IMG/VR virus record: IMGVR_UViG_3300046328_000221
Location: 1-64,000 of that record
Origin: a virus
Strand: one strand, 5' to 3'
DNA: 64,000 bases
Positions 24,546 through 35,347 of the stretch are shown here, piece by piece (within the stretch, counting starts at the first letter, position 1; each line of letters starts with the position of its first letter). A program made the translations under genes and the position numbers. The notes beneath the pieces are model-generated. The model did no database searches. It saw only the letters and a list, made by a program, of their open reading frames with translations, and was not told the DNA's origin.

Positions 24546-25501
24546 TGTTTATTAGTGATCTAACACCAAAAATTATAAATATTCCTCAGTTTCAGTATGA
24601 TCCAAACCAGTCTGGTGGAACAGAATATATGGCAAAGAATGTTTTAGTTAATATTCTTCCAGATTTACCCAAGTTTAAAAATTATGATTGCATAGTTATT
24701 CCTGGAATATTTGATCACAAAATTAATACTGGAAAGCAAAGACTTATTTGGCTGCACAATTACCCATATGAATTCTTTGAGGGGCAGATTGAGCTTTTAA
24801 AATCTATCATTAGGGAAGAGCGAACCAAATATGTTATTGCTGTTTCAGAAACTCAAAAAAAACGACTAGTAGATTATTTTGAGTTACCAGAAGAAAAAAT
24901 CTATGTGCTTCCAAATGCCATCTACCCATTGCCAACTAATTTAAATAAATTTAATAATGTAGACAACATTGAATTAATTCATCTTTCTTCTCCAGAACGA
25001 GGTATGGAAATTCTTCTTACAGCATTAAAGTATACAAAAAAAGAGTTTATCCTACGTATATTTAATAGCTATTACCCTGGTATGAACGAAGAATTTAAAG
25101 ATCTAATTGATGATAATAGGGTTATTTTTTATGGTAAAACTCCTCAAAAAACTTTATTTAAATACTTTGCTAACGCACATATTCATGCCTATCCATCTAC
25201 ACATCCAGAGACTTTTTGCTTATCACAGGTAGAGGCTATGAGTGCTGGATGTCTTAATGTATTTAGTACACCAGAAAACGCATCCTTGACAGATATAACA
25301 AACGGCTTTGGAATTAATGCTAAGTTAGGGTATAATAATTTAGAAGAAGATGCAAAGAAATTTGCTAAATCTCTAGATCAAGCAATTGATTTAATAAAAA
25401 GCAACAAGTTTAATCCAGAAGAAGAGATTAGCTATGCTAATAATACCTTTTCCTGGGAGGCAGCAAAAGAAAATTGGACCAAGTTCCACGAACTACTATA
25501 G
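24545..25501 (+). CDS. GT-B (GT4-like) glycosyltransferase
   Basis: GGTE, WLHN, AVSE, SSPERG, YPSTHPETFCLSQVEAMSAG; ATG at 24545. Confidence 0.85.
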   Translation: MFISDLTPKIINIPQFQYDPNQSGGTEYMAKNVLVNILPDLPKFKNYDCIVIPGIFDHKINTGKQRLIWLHNYPYEFFEGQIELLKSIIREERTKYVIAVSETQKKRLVDYFELPEEKIYVLPNAIYPLPTNLNKFNNVDNIELIHLSSPERGMEILLTALKYTKKEFILRIFNSYYPGMNEEFKDLIDDNRVIFYGKTPQKTLFKYFANAHIHAYPSTHPETFCLSQVEAMSAGCLNVFSTPENASLTDITNGFGINAKLGYNNLEEDAKKFAKSLDQAIDLIKSNKFNPEEEISYANNTFSWEAAKENWTKFHELL

Positions 25502-25509
25502 GAGATAAA

Positions 25510-26073
25510 ATGGCATCATCATCAAGAGAAGGCAAGCCTGAGACTCGTCAATGGATTAAAGACAACAATATTAAGACTATCTTAGATATTGGACCTGGAA
25601 TTGGCAACTATTCAGACCTACTCAAGTATGGTCGCCTAGAAGATCCCGATAAAGGATATTCGGAATATCCAGTAATGAATGATATTTTTATTGACAAAAT
25701 TGATGCTGTGGAGATATGGGAGCCATATGTTGAAATGTTTGGTCTTAGAGATAAGTACAATGCTATTAATATATCTGCAGCACAAGACTGGACTGACTGG
25801 AACTATGACCTTGTAATTTTTGGAGATGTTCTAGAGCATATGACAAAAGAAGATGCCATCAAGGTCTGGGAAAGATGTTCTAAACAGGCAAAACATGCAA
25901 TCATATCTATTCCTATTATTCATCACCCACAAGGTCCATCGGATGGAAATCCATACGAAACTCATCTAAAAGAAGACTGGACAACACAAGAGGTTCTAGA
26001 AACTTTTAAAGGAATTCATAGCCATGAAGAATATCATATCGTAGGCGTTTTTTATGCCACCTTCAATAACTAA
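25510..26073 (+). CDS. class I SAM-dependent methyltransferase
   Basis: ILDIGPGIG, YDLVIFGDVLEH; GGAG RBS before ATG 25510. Confidence 0.85.
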   Translation: MASSSREGKPETRQWIKDNNIKTILDIGPGIGNYSDLLKYGRLEDPDKGYSEYPVMNDIFIDKIDAVEIWEPYVEMFGLRDKYNAINISAAQDWTDWNYDLVIFGDVLEHMTKEDAIKVWERCSKQAKHAIISIPIIHHPQGPSDGNPYETHLKEDWTTQEVLETFKGIHSHEEYHIVGVFYATFNN

Positions 26074-26098
26074 ACTAATATCATGATATAATTGGCCT

Positions 26099-26545
26099 AT
26101 GGCTAAAATTTCTATCAATGACTTAAAAGATAAGTTTGAAACAGGGGATAGACCAACTGGAGCAGATTACTCTGATCTAATTGATACCCTTATATCTCAG
26201 GCTACAGATTTAGGGACAAATGGTAATAATGACCTAGAAATATCGGGTATTGAGAATGTCACTGTTCTTGAGACTTTAGTAGCTTCTGAATGGCGTATAG
26301 TAAAATACCTAGTATCAATTTCAAAAACTTCTAATGGTGATAATAAATTTTATGCTACAGAGATTTCCATTCTTATTGACGGTACGAATATAAACGTTAG
26401 TGAGTATGGTGTTATAGACAACGATGGGGATATTGGAACCGTTGATGTCTCAAGGAGTGGGGATAACATTCAATTAATTATTACCCCCAATCCTGCAGTT
26501 AAGCCAGTTACCGTGCGATTTGCTCGTATGGGACTTAAGGCGTAA
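26099..26545 (+). CDS. virion structural protein
   Basis: FETGDRPT..DYSDLIDT motif; C-terminus like the C-terminal domain of 26561 (DGTN..VSEYG). Confidence 0.65.
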   Translation: MAKISINDLKDKFETGDRPTGADYSDLIDTLISQATDLGTNGNNDLEISGIENVTVLETLVASEWRIVKYLVSISKTSNGDNKFYATEISILIDGTNINVSEYGVIDNDGDIGTVDVSRSGDNIQLIITPNPAVKPVTVRFARMGLKA

Positions 26546-26560
26546 ACAAGGAGATGGAAA

Positions 26561-28990
26561 ATGGCAACAGTAAATAAAGACTTTAGACTCAAAAATGGTC
26601 TGGTAGTAGGAGGACTAACCACTTCTGGTGTGGTGCTTACAAACTCTACTGGACAGATCTCAAGTATTGCAACACTTGGTAATTCTTACCTAACAAATTC
26701 AAGCCTCACAGTTAATGGAACATCGATTGCTCTAGGATCATCTGCGACCATTACTGCAAATACTACAAACTCGTTAGTAATTAAGGCAGATTCTGGAACC
26801 ACTGAAGGAACAGATTTATATACCTTTAACGGTTCTGCAGCAAAAACACTAAATTTTATTGCTGGTACTGGAATTAGCATTTCAAAGGCATCTGGATCAT
26901 TAACAATTAATGCTACAAGTGCAGGAACGGTAACATCAGTAACTGGAACTTCTCCAGTAGTATCCTCTGGTGGATCTACCCCTGCAATTTCTCTTGCTTC
27001 TGGATATGGAGATACTCAAAATCCTTTTGCATCTAAGACTGCAAACTATTTCTTAGCTGCTCCAAATGGATCTGCTGGTTCACCAGTATTCCGTGCAATT
27101 GTTGCTGCTGATATTCCAACTCTTAACCAGAATACAACTGGTTCAGCTGGATCGGTAGCAAACTCTCTTACAATTGGAACTGGTCTTTCAGGAACATCTT
27201 ATAATGGTTCTTCTGCCGTCACAATTGCTGCAGTGTCTGGATCAACATCTGTTGCAGGTATTCTACAGCTTACAGATAGCACTTCTTCTACAAGCACTAC
27301 TACTGCTGCTACACCAAACAGCGTAAAAACTGCCTATGACCTAGCAAATGCTGCAGTTCCAAAGTCTGGTGGAACCATGACTGGTACACTAACACTTTCT
27401 GCAGATCCTACATCAGCAATGCATGCTGCTACTAAGCAGTATGTTGATGGAGTAGCTCAAGGTGTAAATGCTCACGATGCTGTTCAGTATGCAACTACAG
27501 GAACAATTGCTGGTGCCTATACAGCAGGATCTGCAGGTGCTGATGGCGGTACTGGTGTTGGAGCAACAATTACTTACACATCAACAGGAACAACCACACT
27601 TGATAGCGGAGCTTCTCCACTAGCACTTAATGATCGTGTTCTTGTTAAAGATGGTATAACTGCTGATCCTGGAACTGGTTCAAAAGCTAACGGTATTTAC
27701 TATGTAAGTACCGCTGGTGCTACTGGTGTAGCTACAGTTCTTACCCGTGCACTAGACTACGATAACTCCATTGCTGGAGATATTATGACTGGTGACTTGG
27801 TCTATGTTATTGCTGGATCATCAAATGGAGGAATTCAGTACTTGATGAATGTTTCAGGTACTGCAACTACACCAGCTAAGGGTATTAAGATTGATACAGA
27901 CTCAATTACCTTTACACAGTTCTCTGGAGCAACATCAACACTTGCTGGTAACGGTCTTGTTGCTACTGGTAATACATTCAACGTTGTTGGAACTGCAAAT
28001 AGAATTTCTGTCACATCAGACGCTATTGACATTGCATCAACATATGTTGGTCAATCAACCATTACTACATTGGGAACAGTTGCTACTGGTACATGGAATG
28101 CTACAACTATCGGTACAACAAAGGGTGGTACAGGACTAACATCATTCACATCTGGTGGAGCAGTATATGCCACATCTACATCAGCACTTACTACTGGAAC
28201 ACTTCCTGTAGCATCTGGTGGTACTGGAATTACATCATTTGGTACTGGAGTAGCAACTGCTCTTGGAAATAACACAGGTGGAGCTGGTGGTCTAGTAACC
28301 TTCAGCGGTGCCATGGGAACTCCAACATCAATTACATTAACTAATGGAACAGGACTTCCAGTAGCAACTGGTATTTCTGGTCTTGGAACTGGTGTTGCTA
28401 CTGCTCTAGCAGTCAACGTAGGTTCTTCAGGTGCAGTAGTTGTAAATGGTGGAGCATTGGGAACTCCTTCAGGTGGTACACTTACAAATGCAACTGGCCT
28501 ACCAGTAGCAACTGGTATTAGTGGACTAGGAACTGGAGTTGCCACATTCCTTGCAACACCATCATCTGCTAACCTTGCATCCGCAGTAACAGATGAAACT
28601 GGTACTGGTGCTCTTGTATTTGCTGGCAGCCCAGCTCTAACTGGAACAGTAACTCTAAATGCTATTGCAGGTCAAGTTACAGCATCTGGAAGCACTACAG
28701 GAACAACCGCTCTTACTCTATCAACAGTATACTCATCATCAACATATACTGGTGGGGAGTTCTTGGTCAAGGCTGTTAATGGGTCAAATATTGAAATCAT
28801 AAAGGTTCTAGTAATTTCTGATGGAACTAATTTCTATGTAACTCAGTATGGAGATGTATCAATTAGCTCATCTCTAGTAGATGTTGACTTCTCATATTCA
28901 ACTGCAAATGTTGATATGGTAGTTACTCCAGTAGCAGGATCTACAGGAACAACATCTGTAAAGGTATCTGGAACTCTAATAGCTGCCTAG
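26561..28990 (+). CDS. long tail fibre-like protein
   Basis: AATPNSVKTAYD, AATKQYVD, DRVLVK..NGIY motifs; internal TGLPVATGISGLGTGVAT repeat. Confidence 0.8.
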   Translation: MATVNKDFRLKNGLVVGGLTTSGVVLTNSTGQISSIATLGNSYLTNSSLTVNGTSIALGSSATITANTTNSLVIKADSGTTEGTDLYTFNGSAAKTLNFIAGTGISISKASGSLTINATSAGTVTSVTGTSPVVSSGGSTPAISLASGYGDTQNPFASKTANYFLAAPNGSAGSPVFRAIVAADIPTLNQNTTGSAGSVANSLTIGTGLSGTSYNGSSAVTIAAVSGSTSVAGILQLTDSTSSTSTTTAATPNSVKTAYDLANAAVPKSGGTMTGTLTLSADPTSAMHAATKQYVDGVAQGVNAHDAVQYATTGTIAGAYTAGSAGADGGTGVGATITYTSTGTTTLDSGASPLALNDRVLVKDGITADPGTGSKANGIYYVSTAGATGVATVLTRALDYDNSIAGDIMTGDLVYVIAGSSNGGIQYLMNVSGTATTPAKGIKIDTDSITFTQFSGATSTLAGNGLVATGNTFNVVGTANRISVTSDAIDIASTYVGQSTITTLGTVATGTWNATTIGTTKGGTGLTSFTSGGAVYATSTSALTTGTLPVASGGTGITSFGTGVATALGNNTGGAGGLVTFSGAMGTPTSITLTNGTGLPVATGISGLGTGVATALAVNVGSSGAVVVNGGALGTPSGGTLTNATGLPVATGISGLGTGVATFLATPSSANLASAVTDETGTGALVFAGSPALTGTVTLNAIAGQVTASGSTTGTTALTLSTVYSSSTYTGGEFLVKAVNGSNIEIIKVLVISDGTNFYVTQYGDVSISSSLVDVDFSYSTANVDMVVTPVAGSTGTTSVKVSGTLIAA

Positions 28991-29002
28991 TATTAAAACT
29001 AA

Positions 29003-29035
29003 TGCCCCTCCTGAAATATGGAGGGGTATTTTTTA
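29003..29035 (+). terminator. intrinsic terminator
   Basis: GCCCCTCC...GGAGGGGT plus T-tract. Confidence 0.75.
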
Positions 29036-29105
29036 TATTTATACTTTTAAAAACATGCTCAATATGCTATAATAAACATACACATATCATAGAAAGGCGA
29101 TCAAT

Positions 29106-29342
29106 ATGTCAAACTTTGACTTTGGATCACTACTATCAGTAGAACAGAAGAAGAATCTTCTAGAGAACCGTATCACTCAGTTTGCTGCAGATGCTTACCA
29201 GGCATCTCTAAATTCAGAAACAATTCAGAAGGTAAATCCTGAAAGCGAAGAGCTTCCTAAGATTGAGGAATCTTTAAAACTGCTTGAGGCTGCAATTAAA
29301 ACTCACCAAAAAGCACTATCAGAACTTCCTGCAACTGAATAA
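29106..29342 (+). CDS. small coiled-coil protein
   Basis: ORF track; AGAAAGG RBS. Confidence 0.7.
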   Translation: MSNFDFGSLLSVEQKKNLLENRITQFAADAYQASLNSETIQKVNPESEELPKIEESLKLLEAAIKTHQKALSELPATE

Positions 29343-29440
29343 TTCTAAATAAATCTAATAGGCAAACAGGATAAAACTTGTTTGTCTATTATTTTTTTAT
29401 GGTAATTGTAATAATAGTTTTTTGATAATGTGGTATACTT

Positions 29441-29848
29441 ATGGTTATGAATATGGATAATTTGCCACTTTTCGGTCAAGAAGAACCAAGAATGCCTGGA
29501 CAAATAGGTAAAACAAAGATACAGGTCATTGAAGAAGCATTCTCAAATGCTGGAATCTATGTTTGGAAAACTACATCTGGTAAAGTATTCACTGACGGAG
29601 ATGGGAATGCATTGAGCATTGAGTCAATGAAGGGTGATCAGTCCAAGATTCAAGAACTTAAAGATGCTGCAAAATATTGGGGTGCTCCAGAAGGAGAGCC
29701 AATGTTCTTCGCAAATGTGAGAAAAATCTCTGATGAAGAGTATAGTGAGCAGCAAGATAGAATGGCACAGGGACTAATCCCAAGCATGAATGACCTAGGT
29801 GCTGTTATGGCTGCTAAGAAGACATTGGAGATGTACGGCGATGAGTAA
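29441..29848 (+). CDS. hypothetical protein upstream of portal
   Basis: ORF track. Confidence 0.7.
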   Translation: MVMNMDNLPLFGQEEPRMPGQIGKTKIQVIEEAFSNAGIYVWKTTSGKVFTDGDGNALSIESMKGDQSKIQELKDAAKYWGAPEGEPMFFANVRKISDEEYSEQQDRMAQGLIPSMNDLGAVMAAKKTLEMYGDE

Positions 29849-31445
29849 TATTGAAAAGATCTATACACCAGCTAGAATTGATGAAGCTGTTGTTGCTGAA
29901 AATCCATTTAAAGATTCTGATCCATTTATTAAAAACTGGGAAGATCTAAAATCTCTTAATGGGCTAGATAACAACTTTAAGCGTCGTGCTGCACGTATCT
30001 CAAAGATGACATACTCAGATGGATACCTTGATTCAGCTCACGCAGTTCAGTCATCAACTTCGGGGGACTCAAAGTCAAAGGCATTGAATCCAGGAACAAT
30101 ATACAGAAATGCCTATGGACTATTTGATGTAATTACTCCACCATATAACCTATATGAACTTGCAAGCTACTATGATACTTCATTTGCTAACCACGCAGCT
30201 ATTGATGCAAAGGTAGAAAATACTGTTGGCCTAGGATATGATTTTGTTGTATCTGACAGAACAACTCTAAAACTAGAATCTTCAGCAGATCCAGAAGCGG
30301 TAGGTCGTGCACGTAATCGTATTGAAAGACTAAAGATCCAGCTTCGTGATTGGCTAGAAAATCTTAATCAGGATGAGAGCTTTACCAGTATTATGGAAAA
30401 GGTCTTCACTGATGTTCACTCAGTAGGAAATGGATATATTGAAATTGGTAGAACCTTAACTGGTGATATTGGTTACATTGGTCACATTCCTGCTACAACA
30501 ATTCGTGTACGTCGTATGCGAGATGGGTTCGTTCAGATCATTGCGAATAAGGTTGTTTACTTCCGCAATTTTGGAGCAAAGAATCCAAACCCTGTTACAA
30601 CTGATAATCGCCCAAATGAAATTATCCACATTAAAGAATATTCACCTCTAAACACATTCTATGGAGTTCCAGATGTTATTGCTGCGATGCCATCATTACT
30701 CGGAGATGCTCTGGCATCACAGTATAACATTGACTATTTCACCAACAAGGCTGTTCCACGTTACATTGTAACTCTTAAGGGTGCACAACTTACATCAGAA
30801 GCAGAAGATAAACTATTTAGATTCTTGCAGACTGGACTAAAGGGTCAAAATCACCGTACACTTTATATTCCACTTCCTGGTGATTCAGATACAAATAAGG
30901 TTGAGTTCAAGATGGACCCAATTGAAAGTGGAATCCAAGAAGGATCATTTAAGGAATATAGAAAGCAGAATCGTGACGACATCCTAGTTGCTCACCAGGT
31001 ACCGCTTTCAAAGCTTGGTGGATCAGACTCTTCTCAGATTGCTGCTTCTCTTGCACAAGATCGTACATTTAAAGAGCAGGTTGCTAGACCAGCACAACGT
31101 AATCTTGAAAAGATTCTAAACAAGATCTTCCGTGAGAAGACAGATGTTGTAGAGCTTAAGTTTAATGAGCTTACACTTACAGACGAACTTGCACAATCTC
31201 AGATTCTTACTAACTATGTTAAGAATCAGATTATGGTTCCTAATGAGGCTCGTGCTATTATTAATCTTCCAGAAAGAAGCGATGGGGATAGCCCAGTAGT
31301 CCCAACAGCTAGACAGGCTGCAGACTCAAATGCTAACAACCAACAGAACAGATCAAGAGATGCTCAACGCCAACAGGCTCAGGCTGACAATACTGCAACA
31401 GTTTCTGGTAGGAATCCAAAAGGAGAGGGTAGATCTTCAAACTAA
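29841..31445 (+). CDS. portal protein
   Basis: GNGYIEI, EIIHIK, FYGVP, ILVAHQVP, PNEAR motifs; position before protease; ATG 29841. Confidence 0.9.
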   Translation: MSNIEKIYTPARIDEAVVAENPFKDSDPFIKNWEDLKSLNGLDNNFKRRAARISKMTYSDGYLDSAHAVQSSTSGDSKSKALNPGTIYRNAYGLFDVITPPYNLYELASYYDTSFANHAAIDAKVENTVGLGYDFVVSDRTTLKLESSADPEAVGRARNRIERLKIQLRDWLENLNQDESFTSIMEKVFTDVHSVGNGYIEIGRTLTGDIGYIGHIPATTIRVRRMRDGFVQIIANKVVYFRNFGAKNPNPVTTDNRPNEIIHIKEYSPLNTFYGVPDVIAAMPSLLGDALASQYNIDYFTNKAVPRYIVTLKGAQLTSEAEDKLFRFLQTGLKGQNHRTLYIPLPGDSDTNKVEFKMDPIESGIQEGSFKEYRKQNRDDILVAHQVPLSKLGGSDSSQIAASLAQDRTFKEQVARPAQRNLEKILNKIFREKTDVVELKFNELTLTDELAQSQILTNYVKNQIMVPNEARAIINLPERSDGDSPVVPTARQAADSNANNQQNRSRDAQRQQAQADNTATVSGRNPKGEGRSSN

Positions 31446-31500
31446 CAATTTTACCACTAAATTGTAACATTTGTAAAAAAGGGTCTATAATAATAATAGT

Positions 31501-32751
31501 ATGTCTATATCTAAAGCCCACTGGAATACGGAGGGAGACAATGTTCGTCTCTCTATGCCGTTTAGCAAGGTCGATGCGGAGCGTCGCATCGTCTCTGGTT
31601 TTGCCACACTTGACAACATAGATCGTCAAAAGGATATCGTTACAGCAGAAGCTTCTCTTGAGGCATTCTCAAAGTTTCGTGGTAACATTCGTGAAATGCA
31701 CCAACCACTAGCAGTTGGCAAAATGGTTTCATTCAAAGAAGACAAGTACTTTGACCCTGAGACAAAGAAGTTCTATTCAGGTGTATACGTATCAGCATAT
31801 GTTTCTAAGGGTGCTCAGGACACATGGGAAAAGGTTCTAGATGGAACTCTATCAGGATTCTCTATTGGTGGCAAGATGAACACCTGGGATGACGCATATG
31901 ACGAAAAGATGGATTGTGCAATTCGTGTTATTAAGGCATATGACCTCACAGAACTATCTTTGGTAGATAGCCCAGCAAATCAGTTTGCAAGTATTCTTTC
32001 TGTAGAAAAGGTAAACGGAGTTGATACCCTAAAGGGTGAAGCCGTTGATACTATTATTGAAAATGTTTTCTATGACAAAGACTCTGGTCTTGTAATGTTG
32101 TCAGAAAACGAAGTTGAGGTAAGCCCTACTTCTGGGATACCAATGACTAACATAGGTTTCGTTGAGAAAAATGATAACGAAAAAACAGATATGATAAAGT
32201 TCTTAATTGATAGTGCTAAAGGCATTAACACAGTTGAGATTAATAAGGAGGCAAACACTATGACAGATGAAAACGTAAATGTTGACAATGTTGAAGTCGC
32301 TCCAGAGGCAGATGCCGTAGTTGAAGAAACTACTACAGATGTTGTTGAGAAGTCAGACACAGTCGAGACTTCAGATGCAGCTGAAGAAGTAGTTGTAGAA
32401 ATTCCTGCAACTGAAGAGGTATCTCAGTCAGAAGAAGTAGAAGCTGAAAAAGCTGATGCAATTGCTGACTTAAAGAATACACTTACATCAGCCTTTAGCG
32501 ATATTACTGCAGTAGTTAAATCACTTAGTGAAGAAGTTGCTGCACTAAAGAAGTCAAACGAATTATCAGCTGCAAAACTTGCAGATGCTGAGGGAGACTT
32601 TGAAAATCTTGGAAAGCGTATCGATGCAGTTGAGGCTGATACTGCTTTCCGTAAGTCTGGCGATCTCGGAGAGATTGTACAGGAACCAGCAATGGTTGAA
32701 AAATCAGTATGGGGCGGACGTTTCCTCACAACATCCGATCTACTAAAGTAA
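31501..32751 (+). CDS. prohead protease (HK97 type) fused to acidic scaffold region
   Basis: RIVSGFAT, IREMHQ, GFSIGG, ELSLVDSPAN; acidic coiled-coil C-terminus. Confidence 0.9.
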   Translation: MSISKAHWNTEGDNVRLSMPFSKVDAERRIVSGFATLDNIDRQKDIVTAEASLEAFSKFRGNIREMHQPLAVGKMVSFKEDKYFDPETKKFYSGVYVSAYVSKGAQDTWEKVLDGTLSGFSIGGKMNTWDDAYDEKMDCAIRVIKAYDLTELSLVDSPANQFASILSVEKVNGVDTLKGEAVDTIIENVFYDKDSGLVMLSENEVEVSPTSGIPMTNIGFVEKNDNEKTDMIKFLIDSAKGINTVEINKEANTMTDENVNVDNVEVAPEADAVVEETTTDVVEKSDTVETSDAAEEVVVEIPATEEVSQSEEVEAEKADAIADLKNTLTSAFSDITAVVKSLSEEVAALKKSNELSAAKLADAEGDFENLGKRIDAVEADTAFRKSGDLGEIVQEPAMVEKSVWGGRFLTTSDLLK

Positions 32752-32780
32752 ATCAAAAGAATCACTTGGAGGTGAAAATA

Positions 32781-33875
32781 ATGTCGGAAGAAATAATCAA
32801 AAACAATCCTGCTCCAACCAGCTATCCTAATGCGGATGGTGGTTTTGCTGCAGGTGGTATTGGGGGAGTTGACTCTCCAGCCTTTGCGTTCCTGGGAAAT
32901 ACAGCAACAGCAGAGTTCGGAGAAACTAGCGGTCCAAACGCAGTTAACCCATCATTTACCGAAAGCCCAAATTACCCAGGTGCTGGTATCCTACGTCCTG
33001 ATCAAGCTCGTCGTTTTATCGACTATGTTTGGGATGCTACCACACTTGCTAATGATGGTCGTCGTGTAACAATGCGAGCTAACACAATGGAACTTGAGAA
33101 AGTTAACGTTGGAGAGCGTGTTGTACGTGCTGCAAATCAGGGTGATGCATCATTCACAAACGCTGGAGCAACTTTCAGCAAGGTAGAGCTTACCACAAAG
33201 AAGCTACGCCTTGACTGGGAAGTTTCAGCAGAAGCACTAGAAGACAACATTGAAGGTGGTGCTCTTGAGGATCACATAGTACGTCTTATGACTACTGCTT
33301 TTGGTAATGACATCGAAGATCTAGCGATCAACGGTGACACCGATTCAGCAGATGCGTTCCTTGGCATCATGGACGGTTTCAACAAGAAGATTGCAGCAGA
33401 TGGTTTCGGTAACGAAGCTGTTGTATCTGCAGGTTCAAACTGGACCGTAGAAGACATGCAGAAGCTTATCCTTGCCTTGCCTCGCCGTTACCGTGCGATT
33501 CAGTCAGGACTTAAGTTCTATGCAGGATCAGACACATTTGCTAACATCGTAAAGAACAACGGTACCGTATTTGATTCAATTGGATCAACTGAGGCTGCTC
33601 GTGGATCATACCTTGGAGGAATCGATCAGACTTTCGGAAACGCTCGTCAGACTCGTGTTCTAGGTATTCCAGTTCTAGAGGTTCCTTACTACCCTGCGGA
33701 TTATGTAGACCTTACATTCCCACAGAACCGCATCTGGGGCTTCCAGCGTGACATCACTGTAAACCGCTTCTATGTTCCTAAGAAGGACACAATTGAGTAC
33801 ACCGTATTCGTACGTTTTGGTATCAATTGGGAAGAGCAGGATGCAGTTGCATGGGCAGCAAAGCCAGCTTCATAA
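32781..33875 (+). CDS. major capsid protein
   Basis: GGAGG RBS; ALEDNIEG, FGNDIEDLAINGD; after protease; followed by terminator. Confidence 0.9.
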   Translation: MSEEIIKNNPAPTSYPNADGGFAAGGIGGVDSPAFAFLGNTATAEFGETSGPNAVNPSFTESPNYPGAGILRPDQARRFIDYVWDATTLANDGRRVTMRANTMELEKVNVGERVVRAANQGDASFTNAGATFSKVELTTKKLRLDWEVSAEALEDNIEGGALEDHIVRLMTTAFGNDIEDLAINGDTDSADAFLGIMDGFNKKIAADGFGNEAVVSAGSNWTVEDMQKLILALPRRYRAIQSGLKFYAGSDTFANIVKNNGTVFDSIGSTEAARGSYLGGIDQTFGNARQTRVLGIPVLEVPYYPADYVDLTFPQNRIWGFQRDITVNRFYVPKKDTIEYTVFVRFGINWEEQDAVAWAAKPAS

Positions 33876-33899
33876 TTTGAAGTAGGTAACACCCTTTGA

Positions 33900-33931
33900 G
33901 GGGGGCAGGACTAACCTCCTGCTCCCCTTTA
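33900..33931 (+). terminator. intrinsic terminator
   Basis: GGGGGCAGGA...TCCTGCTCCCC-TTT. Confidence 0.7.
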
Positions 33932-33971
33932 TTAATTAATCTGTTATAATATTACTTAAGGAGGCATAACT

Positions 33972-34418
33972 ATGTCAGAAAAAAATGAGATTGAAACATC
34001 ATTAGATTTTCTACCAGAAGGAGAAGTCCTTGTCCCAGAAGAAGTTCTAGAAGAACTGTCTAAGATTGTAGAAAATACCGATAAGCCAGTTGAGGCTAAA
34101 GAATCAGAAGTTAATGAAAACGTTATTTCGCTAGAGAAGCCAGAAGTTACTGGCCCAGGTCTTGCTCCAGTGGCATCAGGTGCTATTGGAAGTACACAGG
34201 TAAAGGCACGTCCAAAGCCAGAGTCAAAGACAAAGGCAAAGAAAGCTGATGTAGAGAAGGTTGCTATTCATTCTAGTCGCAATGTGACTTGGGATGGCGT
34301 TGGTAAGGTAAACATTGGCTACAACATTGTTACTGAAGATCAAGCAGCAAAGTGGCTAGAAAGAAACCACATTAGACTTGCAACACCAGAAGAAGTTGCC
34401 AAGGAGTTTATCCAATAA
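33972..34418 (+). CDS. hypothetical head-associated protein
   Basis: ORF track; C-terminal IRLATPEEV motif. Confidence 0.6.
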   Translation: MSEKNEIETSLDFLPEGEVLVPEEVLEELSKIVENTDKPVEAKESEVNENVISLEKPEVTGPGLAPVASGAIGSTQVKARPKPESKTKAKKADVEKVAIHSSRNVTWDGVGKVNIGYNIVTEDQAAKWLERNHIRLATPEEVAKEFIQ

Positions 34419-35347
34419 TGGAAATCCTAAGAGTTCCACCATATCCAATTATAACAACCTGGGATGTCCCAGAGGCAAACCATGCATATACAATTTATAT
34501 TGAAGATGTGGTGGATCACTCTTATGAAACACTAGACGTTATCTCATCAGGCGGATCAACCGTTGACTATATTCTTCCACGAGCAAAGGTTCAGTTTGAC
34601 CGTGATTTTGTTTTTAGAATTCACGATACAGATATTAATGGAGAAATCGTTGTAGATTCAAACCTAACAGTTTATCGTCCATATGTAGATCCAAACACTC
34701 TTGGAACAACAGCTTCAGAAATAGCAGAATATAAAAAATTAGAGATAGTCGCTAGATCAATTATTGACTCATATCTTGGAAATGACTCAGCCAATGGAGA
34801 GGGTTTCTATAACCACAAGCTGGTCCTTCAGACAGTTGGACAAGGAACTGACTATATTCCAATGTGGCATAATCCAAAGAAGATTCTAAAGGCGTATGAG
34901 AATAACGTTCTTGTGTATGACTCAGAAACTCCAGAAACAAACATCTATACATATGTAATCTCACCAGATAACTCTGCAATTATGCGATATGAGGCTGACC
35001 TTTATAATAGGCTTGAGCAAGCTCCAGCTAGAGTTCCTGCAGGGACTGGAGATCTGGGGTATTATGGAAGAGCTGGAGCAACATTCCCAAGAGGAAATGA
35101 CTATACTTTTGTCCTTGATGTAGGATACAAAGCAATTCCACCAGATGTAGAAATAGCAACAACCATGCTAATTGATGATCTTAAGTGTGGAAGAAATGAC
35201 TATTACAATAGATTTGTTACTCAATACAGCACAGACCAATTCGATATTAAGTTTAGTGCACAAATGTTAGAGGGTACGGGGAATATGGTAGTAGATAAGA
35301 TTCTTAATGGATATAAGGGATCTGTTATCAAACCAGGATTGATCTAA
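34418..35347 (+). CDS. head-tail adaptor protein
   Basis: synteny; GYKAIPPDVEIAT motif. Confidence 0.6.
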   Translation: MEILRVPPYPIITTWDVPEANHAYTIYIEDVVDHSYETLDVISSGGSTVDYILPRAKVQFDRDFVFRIHDTDINGEIVVDSNLTVYRPYVDPNTLGTTASEIAEYKKLEIVARSIIDSYLGNDSANGEGFYNHKLVLQTVGQGTDYIPMWHNPKKILKAYENNVLVYDSETPETNIYTYVISPDNSAIMRYEADLYNRLEQAPARVPAGTGDLGYYGRAGATFPRGNDYTFVLDVGYKAIPPDVEIATTMLIDDLKCGRNDYYNRFVTQYSTDQFDIKFSAQMLEGTGNMVVDKILNGYKGSVIKPGLI

